This document shows, in pieces, positions 9,280 to 17,018 of a DNA stretch of 32,000 nucleotides; positions within the stretch are counted from its first letter, which is position 1; every line of letters begins with the position of its first letter. The notes below the pieces were generated by a model. That model saw only the letters and a list, made by a program, of their open reading frames with translations. It was not told the origin of the DNA and did not search any database. A program made the translations under genes and the position numbers. The stretch is from the NCBI RefSeq assembly GCF_000020025.1, contig NC_010628.1, forward strand, positions 2,940,001-2,972,000. The letters are read 5' to 3'. Origin of the DNA: Nostoc punctiforme PCC 73102 (GTDB taxonomy: Bacteria; Cyanobacteriota; Cyanobacteriia; Cyanobacteriales; Nostocaceae).

Positions 9280-10140
9280 ATGAAAGACTTACAAGAAATA
9301 TTAGCGATCGCTCGTGAGATAGCTTGGGGTGCAGCAGATATACTGCGATCGTATTACCACGGTACCGCAAAAGACCCTAACTTAGATGTGCAATATAAAC
9401 AGAACGAGCCTGTTACCGTTGCCGATGTAGCTGTGAGTCAATATATCTTACAGAAGCTACAAGCAACTTTGGGTAACGAAGATTTTGCTTACATCAGCGA
9501 AGAAACCTATCAGTCACCAACTACAGGCACACACCCTTCCGCCCCTTGGGTATGGATAATTGACCCTTTGGATGGCACACGAGACTTTATTGAAAAAACT
9601 GGGGACTATGCAGTTCACATTGCTTTAGTTAAGGAAACACGCCCGATTTTAGCAGTGGTAGCAGTACCAGAAGCAGAAAAGTTATATTACGCTACCAAAG
9701 GTGGGGGGACATTTGTAGAAACCAGTGATGGCTCTGTTCCTTTACAAGTGTCGTCAGGTAAACCAATTGAGGATTTAACCTTAGTGGTTAGTCGCTCTCA
9801 CCGCAACCAGCGCTTAGATTACTTGCTACAAAATTTACCCTGTCAAAATCAGAAATCTGTGGGTAGTGTAGGCTGCAAAATCGCCACTATTGTCGAGCAA
9901 CAAGCAGATATCTACATTTCCCTTTCTGGTAAGTCTGCGCCCAAAGATTGGGATATGGCAGCACCAGAACTGATTTTAACAGAAGCTGGTGGTAAGTTTA
10001 CCCACTTTGACGGCGCTCCGTTGCAGTATAACACTGGTGATATCAATCAATGGGGAGGTTTGCTGGCGAGTAATGGTGAATATCACGAAGCACTGTGCCA
10101 GCAAGCAGAAAAGATTTTAGCGCAGTTCGACCATAGCTAA
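9280..10140 (+). CDS. cysQ: inositol-monophosphatase-superfamily phosphatase, CysQ-like 3'(2'),5'-bisphosphate nucleotidase
   Basis: PVTVADVAV, SEE, WIIDPLDGTRDF, VVSRSH and WDMAAPELILTEAGG are colinear with E. coli CysQ as I remember it (PVTAADIAA, SEE, WLVDPLDGTKEF, VVISRSH, WDTAAGHAVAAAAG). It starts 27 nt after the pfkB kinase stop. Confidence 0.7.
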   Translation: MKDLQEILAIAREIAWGAADILRSYYHGTAKDPNLDVQYKQNEPVTVADVAVSQYILQKLQATLGNEDFAYISEETYQSPTTGTHPSAPWVWIIDPLDGTRDFIEKTGDYAVHIALVKETRPILAVVAVPEAEKLYYATKGGGTFVETSDGSVPLQVSSGKPIEDLTLVVSRSHRNQRLDYLLQNLPCQNQKSVGSVGCKIATIVEQQADIYISLSGKSAPKDWDMAAPELILTEAGGKFTHFDGAPLQYNTGDINQWGGLLASNGEYHEALCQQAEKILAQFDHS

Positions 10141-10474
10141 TGGGGCATTTGAGGATGAATATTTTTTAATTTGCTTTTAAAACAGCTAGTCATGTTATGA
10201 TTGCACCCACTACCGATAATAATCTTTACCTCTAAGTCCACAGCTTAATTTTCAAAACACTAAATACCTGCGCGATCGCAGATTAAAAGTGTAACTTTTA
10301 TAGTACAAGTAACAAAAGCCAGCCAATTGAGAAGTCTGCAAACCTGCATAAAGGGTTTGATTTGTGAATAAAATTCACTATTAGACGATATTCAAAGGCT
10401 GAAGGCTGTGCTAAACTCATGGATATAAAGATTATTTTCGGTTGAGTAACTAGTTTTGATTTCTAAAAACCGTC

Positions 10475-10513
10475 TCTCCGAATTTAACTCTCTACACTCC
10501 CTGAATTCGGAGA
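10475..10513 (+). promoter_or_regulatory. 5'-leader hairpin whose 3' arm contains the rbp Shine-Dalgarno sequence
   Basis: tctccgaatt (10475..10484) pairs perfectly with aattcggaga (10504..10513) around a 19-nt loop. The GGAG at 10509..10512 lies 6 nt before the ATG at 10519. Confidence 0.4.
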
Positions 10514-10518
10514 CTTCT

Positions 10519-10833
10519 ATGTCAATTTACGTCGGGAACCTGTCATATCAGGTTACAGAAGAGGACCTAAAGCAGGCTTTTGCAGAATACGGAACAGTAA
10601 GTCGTGTTCAACTACCCACAGATCGGGAAACAGGCCGGCCTCGTGGGTTCGCTTTTGTGGAAATGGAATCAGACACACAAGAACAAGCTGCCATTGATGC
10701 ACTTGATGGTGCTGAGTGGATGGGACGTGACTTGAAAGTGAACAAAGCTAAACCTCGTGAGGATAGAAGCAGTTCTCCTCGTGGTAGCTGGGGTGGTGGT
10801 AATGCCCGCCGCAACAATAACAATCGCTACTAA
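10519..10833 (+). CDS. RRM-type RNA-binding protein with a short Gly/Arg/Asn-rich tail (cyanobacterial Rbp class)
   Basis: MSIYVGNLSY (RNP2) and RGFAFVEM (RNP1). True start is the ATG at 10519 (codon 22 of ORF 10456..10833). 104 aa. Confidence 0.92.
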   Translation: MSIYVGNLSYQVTEEDLKQAFAEYGTVSRVQLPTDRETGRPRGFAFVEMESDTQEQAAIDALDGAEWMGRDLKVNKAKPREDRSSSPRGSWGGGNARRNNNNRY

Positions 10834-10866
10834 AGTCGATTCCTAAAAGTTTCACATTTAGAGTCT

Positions 10867-10910
10867 CCAGCAGATAAAGCCAAAAGCTGCCCTCTGCTGG
10901 GGTATTTTTT
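10867..10910 (+). terminator. candidate rho-independent terminator after rbp
   Basis: 8-bp stem ccagcaga (10867..10874) / tctgctgg (10893..10900), then ggta and tttttt (10905..10910). The 18-nt loop is long, so confidence is moderate. Confidence 0.45.
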
Positions 10911-10960
10911 GTATCTAACCTTAAACCATTCATCTATTGCAGCTTCATAAAAAAATGGTA

Positions 10961-11920
10961 CTAGGGAAGAAAGTTTTTATCTACTTGAGTCTTTTGAATT
11001 GCGCGTTGCGCTTGGATGGAAACTTCTCTATCGGGATCATCCAACGCTTGTTGTAAGGGATTAATAGCATCAGGATGAGCTAAATTACCAAGTGCAATAA
11101 CTGCTTCTTTGCGTACATCTGCATATTCATCTGTTAATGCTTGAATTAATCTCGGCATAACTTGAATATCTGGGATTTTTTGCAAAGCTTGTGCTGCTGA
11201 TTTCCGCACTTGCCAATGTTCATCATTTAAAGCTGTTTCTAATGCTGAAATTGCTTGATGATTCTCATGAATAGCCAAAGATTTAGCTGCATTCCGACGA
11301 ACTTGCCAGTCACTATCATTTGTGGGTGCTTGACAAAGTATTGTAATCACTTCTGCATCTTGTAAATGTTCTAAAGTTAAAGCCGCAGCACGACGCACAC
11401 TTGCTTCTCCATCAAAAATTAGATTTAAAGCTTGGGGACATTTTTCTAGTTGATTGATATATCGCAGTGTGGTAACGGCTGCTTCTCTTAACTGAGGATT
11501 TTTTGATTCTAAAAATAAAACGTAGGGTAAACATTGAATATCATGTATCTTCCGCAAAAGCACTAAAATATTTAATTGCAGATTTACATCATTACTTTGC
11601 AGTTTATCTAGTAAAAGTAACAATTCATCTTGTGTTATTAACTCACTTAATGCTGATGCCGCTTCAGTACGAATATCTGTATCCGATGAAGTAAGGCATT
11701 CAATTAAAGCAGGTATTGCTACAGGATTAGCAATTTCCCAAAGGGCAGATATAGCTATTTTTTTAACAGTAATATGTTCATCTTTCAAAGCGATGATTAA
11801 AGCATTGATTGTTTCTTCATCGCCTAAGTGCTGCAAGGTTTTTACAGCTACTATACGATCATTTATCTCAGGCGATCGCAGCATTTCTAGCCAATACTGG
11901 AGGTTGTTATCTTTATTCAT
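10961..11920 (-). CDS. HEAT-repeat protein (PBS-lyase HEAT-like repeats)
   Basis: Repeated ~31-aa units of the form D..W.VR..AA.AL..I.....I..L..AL.D, for example DEHWQVRKSAAQALQKIPDIQVMPRLIQALTDEYADVRKEAVIALGNL. It starts 26 nt downstream of the ferredoxin gene. Confidence 0.8.
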   Translation of the reverse strand: MNKDNNLQYWLEMLRSPEINDRIVAVKTLQHLGDEETINALIIALKDEHITVKKIAISALWEIANPVAIPALIECLTSSDTDIRTEAASALSELITQDELLLLLDKLQSNDVNLQLNILVLLRKIHDIQCLPYVLFLESKNPQLREAAVTTLRYINQLEKCPQALNLIFDGEASVRRAAALTLEHLQDAEVITILCQAPTNDSDWQVRRNAAKSLAIHENHQAISALETALNDEHWQVRKSAAQALQKIPDIQVMPRLIQALTDEYADVRKEAVIALGNLAHPDAINPLQQALDDPDREVSIQAQRAIQKTQVDKNFLP

Positions 11921-11946
11921 TGTTTAAAAGCACAGAAAGGGAATCT

Positions 11947-12174
11947 TTAACGTAATAAAAAGGGAATCTGTACAGTAATTGCATTCGTTGGACATTCTTT
12001 TTCACAAGGTAGACAAAACCAACACTCATCATATTTCATGTAAGCTTTGCCTGTTTCTGGATTTTTTGCCAATACATCCAAGGGACAAACCTCAATACAG
12101 GCTGTGCATTTTTCTAAACATTTTGATTCATCAACGATCACAGGAACATCTATTCTTTGATTAATTAAAGCCAT
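11947..12174 (-). CDS. 75-aa 2x[4Fe-4S] ferredoxin, AprB-core-like
   Basis: Eight Cys in two motifs: C-x3-C-x2-C-x3-CP (CLEKCTACIEVCP) and CWFCLPCEKECP. The second motif, and the Asp/Glu preceding it, resemble the AprB CWECYSC..CP motif as I remember it. There is no AprB-type C-terminal tail. Confidence 0.75.
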   Translation of the reverse strand: MALINQRIDVPVIVDESKCLEKCTACIEVCPLDVLAKNPETGKAYMKYDECWFCLPCEKECPTNAITVQIPFLLR

Positions 12175-12410
12175 AAAACTACTCCATACTTACTTTTGTA
12201 ACTAAACCGTTAAGCGGTAAAATAGATGGGGTAAATTTGAGTGTATGATTTCAAGCTCGTATTTAAATCCTAACTTTTATATAACCCTTTGTGAAGCTTG
12301 ATTCGTCGTTAGAATAAAGCAAACTATCTAATGCAACTAATGTTGAAATTGCAGACTTCAGCAAGCAGATGGTGAGTAGTAAATGTTTTGATGAATTGCA
12401 TATTATTTTA

Positions 12411-12872
12411 CTAAAGCAATTGTTTATGAAAAGTTAATGATTGCTTGATATTGGTATAGCCAATTTTCTCATAAAATGAGTGCGCTTCTTTGCGTTTAAT
12501 ATTAGAACGTAACAGAACATTATCACATCCAGCTAGAGAAGCCCACTGTTCAATTTGATGCATCAAAAAACGCCCAATTCCACTATGACGACAATCTTTA
12601 TCTACAACTAATCCCAAAAGAATCGCTGGAGTCGGAATAACTATAGAGTCACAAATATGAGCGTGCGCCCAACCAATTACATATTCATCTTCTAAAGTGG
12701 CAACATACACAATATGAGCATCGTTATTTTTAATTTTAGTAAGGCGCTGCTCTATTTGTTGATTTGTCACAAAATATTCTAGTTGTTCGCAAAGACTAGC
12801 AATTATCTCTACATCTTTAATCTCAGCTTGTCTAATTTTAAATTGCCCAACTACAGTTAATTCATTGATCAT
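12411..12872 (-). CDS. GNAT-family N-acetyltransferase
   Basis: 153 aa. Acetyl-CoA-binding core VDKDCRHSGIGRFLMHQIEQWA and C-terminal AHSFYEKIGY. Confidence 0.8.
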   Translation of the reverse strand: MINELTVVGQFKIRQAEIKDVEIIASLCEQLEYFVTNQQIEQRLTKIKNNDAHIVYVATLEDEYVIGWAHAHICDSIVIPTPAILLGLVVDKDCRHSGIGRFLMHQIEQWASLAGCDNVLLRSNIKRKEAHSFYEKIGYTNIKQSLTFHKQLL

Positions 12873-12887
12873 GAGCTTTAGTTTTAA

Positions 12888-13670
12888 TTAGTTATTAAGT
12901 GTTGTGTGAATAAAACGATAGCCTATATCAATCTCTGTCAAATTGTGAATATCACCATATTGTTTTCTCCATTTTTCACTACTTAAATCTGCTGTAAGTA
13001 ACTTCACTCCTTGGTCTACTAAATCTTGATTAGCTAATGCCAAAGATGATATTCCCGCACGTACTTCTGCTTGAAGATATAACTCTGGCCGTCTCCAGCC
13101 TGCTGCTGCGAATAAATCAGATAAATCGTATGGTAATAAAAGGGGTATGGCTTCAACACGCCTTTTAGTATTAATCTGAATTAAGTTTATCTGTTCGTTA
13201 AGTGGTAAAAATTGTAAGGCATCTTCCCACAAAAAGGGAAAATAGTCATAAAGCCATATCTTCTGAGCTAATCTAATATCAAAAGTTAACAAAATTATTG
13301 CCCCATTCTTAATTATTCTGTGCATTTCTTGAAATGCTTTTGGGAGATGGGAAAAGTGATGAATTGCCAGGATGCTTACAACAGTATCAACAGAGTTATC
13401 AAGTAGAGGTAAATTTTCTGCATAGCCAGTAAACCATTTAACTTGCGGATGTTCTACTGCTTGTTTTTGCATTACCAAAGAAGGTTCGATAGCATTAACA
13501 AGAAATCCTTTGTTAGCTAGCGCTAGGCTGTAACCACCGGTACCAGCCCCAATATCAGCAATAATGCTATTTTTGGGTAAATTGAGTAAATCAATTATTT
13601 TATTGACAATGCGGATATCAGGAACGCGAGTTTTTGAGTAGTGTAGACCGATTGAATTATAAATAGACAT
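12888..13670 (-). CDS. class I SAM-dependent methyltransferase
   Basis: Motif I ADIGAGTGGYS and post-I/II blocks VDTVVSILAIHHF. I prefer the ATG at 13670 (MSIYNSIGLHYSKTRVPD...) over the TTG at 13691. Confidence 0.8.
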   Translation of the reverse strand: MSIYNSIGLHYSKTRVPDIRIVNKIIDLLNLPKNSIIADIGAGTGGYSLALANKGFLVNAIEPSLVMQKQAVEHPQVKWFTGYAENLPLLDNSVDTVVSILAIHHFSHLPKAFQEMHRIIKNGAIILLTFDIRLAQKIWLYDYFPFLWEDALQFLPLNEQINLIQINTKRRVEAIPLLLPYDLSDLFAAAGWRRPELYLQAEVRAGISSLALANQDLVDQGVKLLTADLSSEKWRKQYGDIHNLTEIDIGYRFIHTTLNN

Positions 13671-13748
13671 ATTTATGATAATATCTTTCAAAACAAGTTA
13701 AAACTAACCATTTAAAATTGAACTTTAAATGAACAAATTAAACATCTG

Positions 13749-14444
13749 TTATTTAACCAATTCTAGCAATTTTAAGAGTTCACTTATCATAAACTTTGGT
13801 TGTGCTTCTTGTGGTAAAACTTGGTTTTTTCGGTTGTAATAGCAAAAATCAATATTAACTTGCATTGCTCCCGCATAGTCATGAGTGAGAGAATCTCCTA
13901 CGTAAAGTACTTGTGCTGGTGTTAAATCTAATCTAGATAACGCATGATGAAATATTTCAGGAGATGGTTTAGCAAAACCAATTGCTTCCGAAACTACAAC
14001 TTCCTCAAAAAAATGCTCAATTCCCGCAGCTTGCATTCTCGGTAGTTGTGCTGATACAAAACCGTTGGTGATAACAGCTAAACGATAACTGTGTGCGAGA
14101 ACAGTTAGCACTTCCTTTACATCAGGTTCCATGACACCCAAATGATTAAAAATCTGCCAACAACTTTTACCAAGATTGCTGATTTGATCTGTTTTTATAT
14201 TCAATTCAGCAAGCGTACTTTGATAAGACATCTCGATTAACTCAGTAGGAGAAAATTTTTCTCGCTGTATCCAATACTTGGAACTATAAGTTTCAAACAC
14301 TTGAATAAAAGTAGTCTCACTTACTCCATTTAAATCTAAAGAGACTGCACAATCTTCAAGCGCTCCCAGAATAGCTCGGCGTTCACATAGCTCAAAATTT
14401 AATAGTGTATTATCGAGATCGAAAATTATGGCTTTATAATTCAT
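13749..14444 (-). CDS. HAD-superfamily hydrolase (subfamily IA-like)
   Basis: Motif I IIFDLDNTL, motif II VITNG, motif III FAKP, motif IV VGDSLTHDYAGA. Confidence 0.85.
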   Translation of the reverse strand: MNYKAIIFDLDNTLLNFELCERRAILGALEDCAVSLDLNGVSETTFIQVFETYSSKYWIQREKFSPTELIEMSYQSTLAELNIKTDQISNLGKSCWQIFNHLGVMEPDVKEVLTVLAHSYRLAVITNGFVSAQLPRMQAAGIEHFFEEVVVSEAIGFAKPSPEIFHHALSRLDLTPAQVLYVGDSLTHDYAGAMQVNIDFCYYNRKNQVLPQEAQPKFMISELLKLLELVK

Positions 14445-14470
14445 TCAATTCTTTAATTCACGAAAATGCT

Positions 14471-15175
14471 TTATTCTATAGTTGAAATTCTTCTGATTAT
14501 TTTTAGTATTCCTCTGAAATCTTTACTATAAAGTTTATAATTTTTATCATTAGGCTTCCTTACTAAAATTGCTTGTATATCTGCCCGTAATGCTCCAGCG
14601 ATATCAGCATTGTAGCTATCACCTATCATTACACATTCTGTTTTTTCAATTTTTAAATCATTGATGATATAAGCATAGAAATTGAGACTGGGTTTTTCAT
14701 ATCCAATTTTTCCAGACGTATATATTTCATCAAAGTATTCTGTAATATTTAATTGGTCTATGATTTCGTGTAACTCAGGTATATGATTTGATAAAATTAT
14801 ATTTTTATAATTATTCTTGATTGTATATTGTAAAGTAGGAATTACATCATCATATAAATGCCATTTTTCAATATTCTTATATTCATTTTGGACTTGGAAA
14901 GCATATTTTATTGCCTAATTTTTATTTATACCTACTCTCTCATATATTTCTGCAAAGTATTCATTCATGTATTCCCACCATGTTTTTTTATTAAACAATA
15001 AACTATGGGGAGTTTCAGGCGAGTGCCAAGGAAAGATATTCTTCAAGAATGGTCGAATATCTTCTAAATCTATATTGTAGATTCCATTCAATATTAAAAT
15101 TGAATGTAATGTTTCACTCCACATTCCTTGACGATAACCTAGTGTATTATCAAAATCCCAAAATAAATATTTCAT
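14471..15175 (-). pseudogene. second HAD-superfamily hydrolase, interrupted by one in-frame TAG (14915..14917)
   Basis: The listed ORF 14915..15175 gives only the N-terminus (FWDFDNTL, motif I). I translated the same frame by hand past the TAG. It stays open for 147 more codons to the TAA at 14471..14473 and encodes the remaining HAD motifs (IILSN, GYEKP, MIGDSYNADIAGA). Confidence 0.75.
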
Positions 15176-15177
15176 TT

Positions 15178-16887
15178 TTATTTCGTTGCTATATCATAAA
15201 CTTCATGATATATATCCACACCCACAATATAAGTATCAACAGGACGCTTAAACAATATCATTTGTCCTAATTCATCTTTCTTTAAATTGACATGACAAAA
15301 CCACTCTTCATTATTTTTCTCTGGATAATCTAAGCGGTAATGATAAAGACCCCAACGAGTCTCTTGACGATATAATGATGCTCTGGCTGCCATTTCTGCA
15401 CAGTCACGAATAAAGTGAACTTCTAGACTACGCATCAATTCATGAGGGTCACGGGCGCCCATTACATCTAATGTTTGTTGATATTGGACAAAATGTTTCA
15501 AACCAATCTCAATTTTATTGCCTGATTTTGGTGGTTGCAGATAATCATTAACTAAGCGTCTTAATTTGTATTCTACCTGGGTGTGAGGTACACCATTTGG
15601 GCGAGTTAAAGGTGCATAAATTCTGGCTTTTTCAGCTTCTAAAAAGTCTGTATCTGGTTCGATAAAATCTAAATCTTGGATATATTCAATGGCATCAGTT
15701 CCGGCTATGCGACCGAAAACAAATGCCCCAATCATGTAATTATGGGGAACGCTGGCCATGTCTCCGGCTGCATATAAACCAGGGACGGTTGTTTGAGCAT
15801 TTTCATTTACCCACACACCAGAGGCACTATGACCGCTACATAAGCCAATTTCGGAAATGTGCATCTCTACGCCGTGAGTGCGGTAATCTTCATTTCTGCC
15901 TTGATGAAAGCGTTCTCTACTCGGTCGTTCATTTGCCCAAAGTATTGATTCAATTTCAGCAATGGTATCTTCATCAAGGTGGGTCATTTTCAGTTGGACT
16001 GGCCCTTTACCAGAGTTTAATTCTTTCCAGATTTCCAACATCATTTGACCACTCCAATAGTCACAACTAATGAAGCGATTTCCTTCGGCGTTGGCAGTAT
16101 GAGCGCCAAAAGGCCCAGCGACATAAGCACAAGCAGGGCCGTTATAATCTTTAATTAGAGGATTAACTTGAAAGCATTCAATATTGCTGAGTTCTGCTCC
16201 TGCATGATAAGCCATTGAATAGCCATCTCCGGCATTGGTAGGATTTTCGTAAGTGCCGTAGAGATAGCCAGAAGCTGGTAATCCTAATCTGCCGCAAGCA
16301 CCTGTACACAAGATGACTGCTTTGGCTTGAATGACAATATAATCGCCGTTCCTGACATCAAATCCTACTGCACCAACAGCACCACCTTCTTTAACTAACA
16401 CCCTTGTTGACATGACACGATTTGTCACTTTGACTTTGTGGCGTTTGACTTGGCGGGTGAGAATGGTTTTGAGGTCTTTACCTTCTGGCATGGGTAAGAC
16501 ATATTTACCCACACGATGCACTTGTTTTAAATCATAGTTGCCTTGGACATCTTTTTGAAATTTCACCCCCCAACTTTCTAATTCTTGGATGACTTCATAA
16601 CCTAATTTGCCTGTTTGATATACAGCTTTTTGGTTGAGAATACCGTCGTTAGCTAAGGTGATTTCGCGCACGTATTGTTCTGGGGTAGAATGACCAGGAA
16701 TGACTGCGGTGTTTACCCCATCCATACCCATTGCGATCGCACCACTCCGTCGGATGTTAGCCTTTTCTAAAATCAGCACCTCTGCATCGGGATTTGCTTG
16801 TTTAGCTTTGATACCTGCCATTGTTCCGGCTGTACCGCCACCAATGACAAGTACATCAGTTTTTATCCGTTGGGTGTTGATGTCCAT
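15178..16887 (-). CDS. FAD flavoprotein of the fumarate-reductase/AprA superfamily, most similar to the adenylylsulfate reductase alpha subunit (AprA-like)
   Basis: VLVIGGGTAGTMAG dinucleotide fold. RRSGAIAMGMDGVNTAV sits where SdhA/FrdA carry the covalent-flavin His. PEQYVREITL..., KAVILCTG, and the C-terminal RQETRWGLYHYRLDYPEKNNEEWFCHV are colinear with A. fulgidus AprA as I remember it (RKETRWPGYYYRTDYPELNDEEWKCFV). Confidence 0.75.
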   Translation of the reverse strand: MDINTQRIKTDVLVIGGGTAGTMAGIKAKQANPDAEVLILEKANIRRSGAIAMGMDGVNTAVIPGHSTPEQYVREITLANDGILNQKAVYQTGKLGYEVIQELESWGVKFQKDVQGNYDLKQVHRVGKYVLPMPEGKDLKTILTRQVKRHKVKVTNRVMSTRVLVKEGGAVGAVGFDVRNGDYIVIQAKAVILCTGACGRLGLPASGYLYGTYENPTNAGDGYSMAYHAGAELSNIECFQVNPLIKDYNGPACAYVAGPFGAHTANAEGNRFISCDYWSGQMMLEIWKELNSGKGPVQLKMTHLDEDTIAEIESILWANERPSRERFHQGRNEDYRTHGVEMHISEIGLCSGHSASGVWVNENAQTTVPGLYAAGDMASVPHNYMIGAFVFGRIAGTDAIEYIQDLDFIEPDTDFLEAEKARIYAPLTRPNGVPHTQVEYKLRRLVNDYLQPPKSGNKIEIGLKHFVQYQQTLDVMGARDPHELMRSLEVHFIRDCAEMAARASLYRQETRWGLYHYRLDYPEKNNEEWFCHVNLKKDELGQMILFKRPVDTYIVGVDIYHEVYDIATK

Positions 16888-17018
16888 AAGCTTTTAGAAG
16901 TGGGGAGGAACTTTAAGGATTTATTACCGTTCCAAACGATATCTTTGACCTTCAGAACTATAAGCACATTCAATACTACGTTAAAACGAGCAACTTACCG
17001 TATTTTTTGATAAAATAT

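Noticed and set aside
10291-10306. NtcA-like site gtaacttttatagtac upstream of rbp
   Set aside because: The spacing is GTA-N10-TAC rather than the canonical GTA-N8-TAC, and no appropriately placed -10 box could be argued.
10456-10518. TTG-initiated 21-codon extension of the RNA-binding protein
   Set aside because: RRM proteins of this class start at MSIYVGNL. A GGAG lies 6 nt upstream of the ATG at 10519, and the extension overlaps the leader hairpin.
14915-14917. The in-frame TAG as a recoded codon (pyrrolysine or programmed read-through)
   Set aside because: Nothing in the window suggests Pyl machinery or a read-through context, and cyanobacteria are not known to use Pyl. A nonsense mutation or a sequencing error is more parsimonious.
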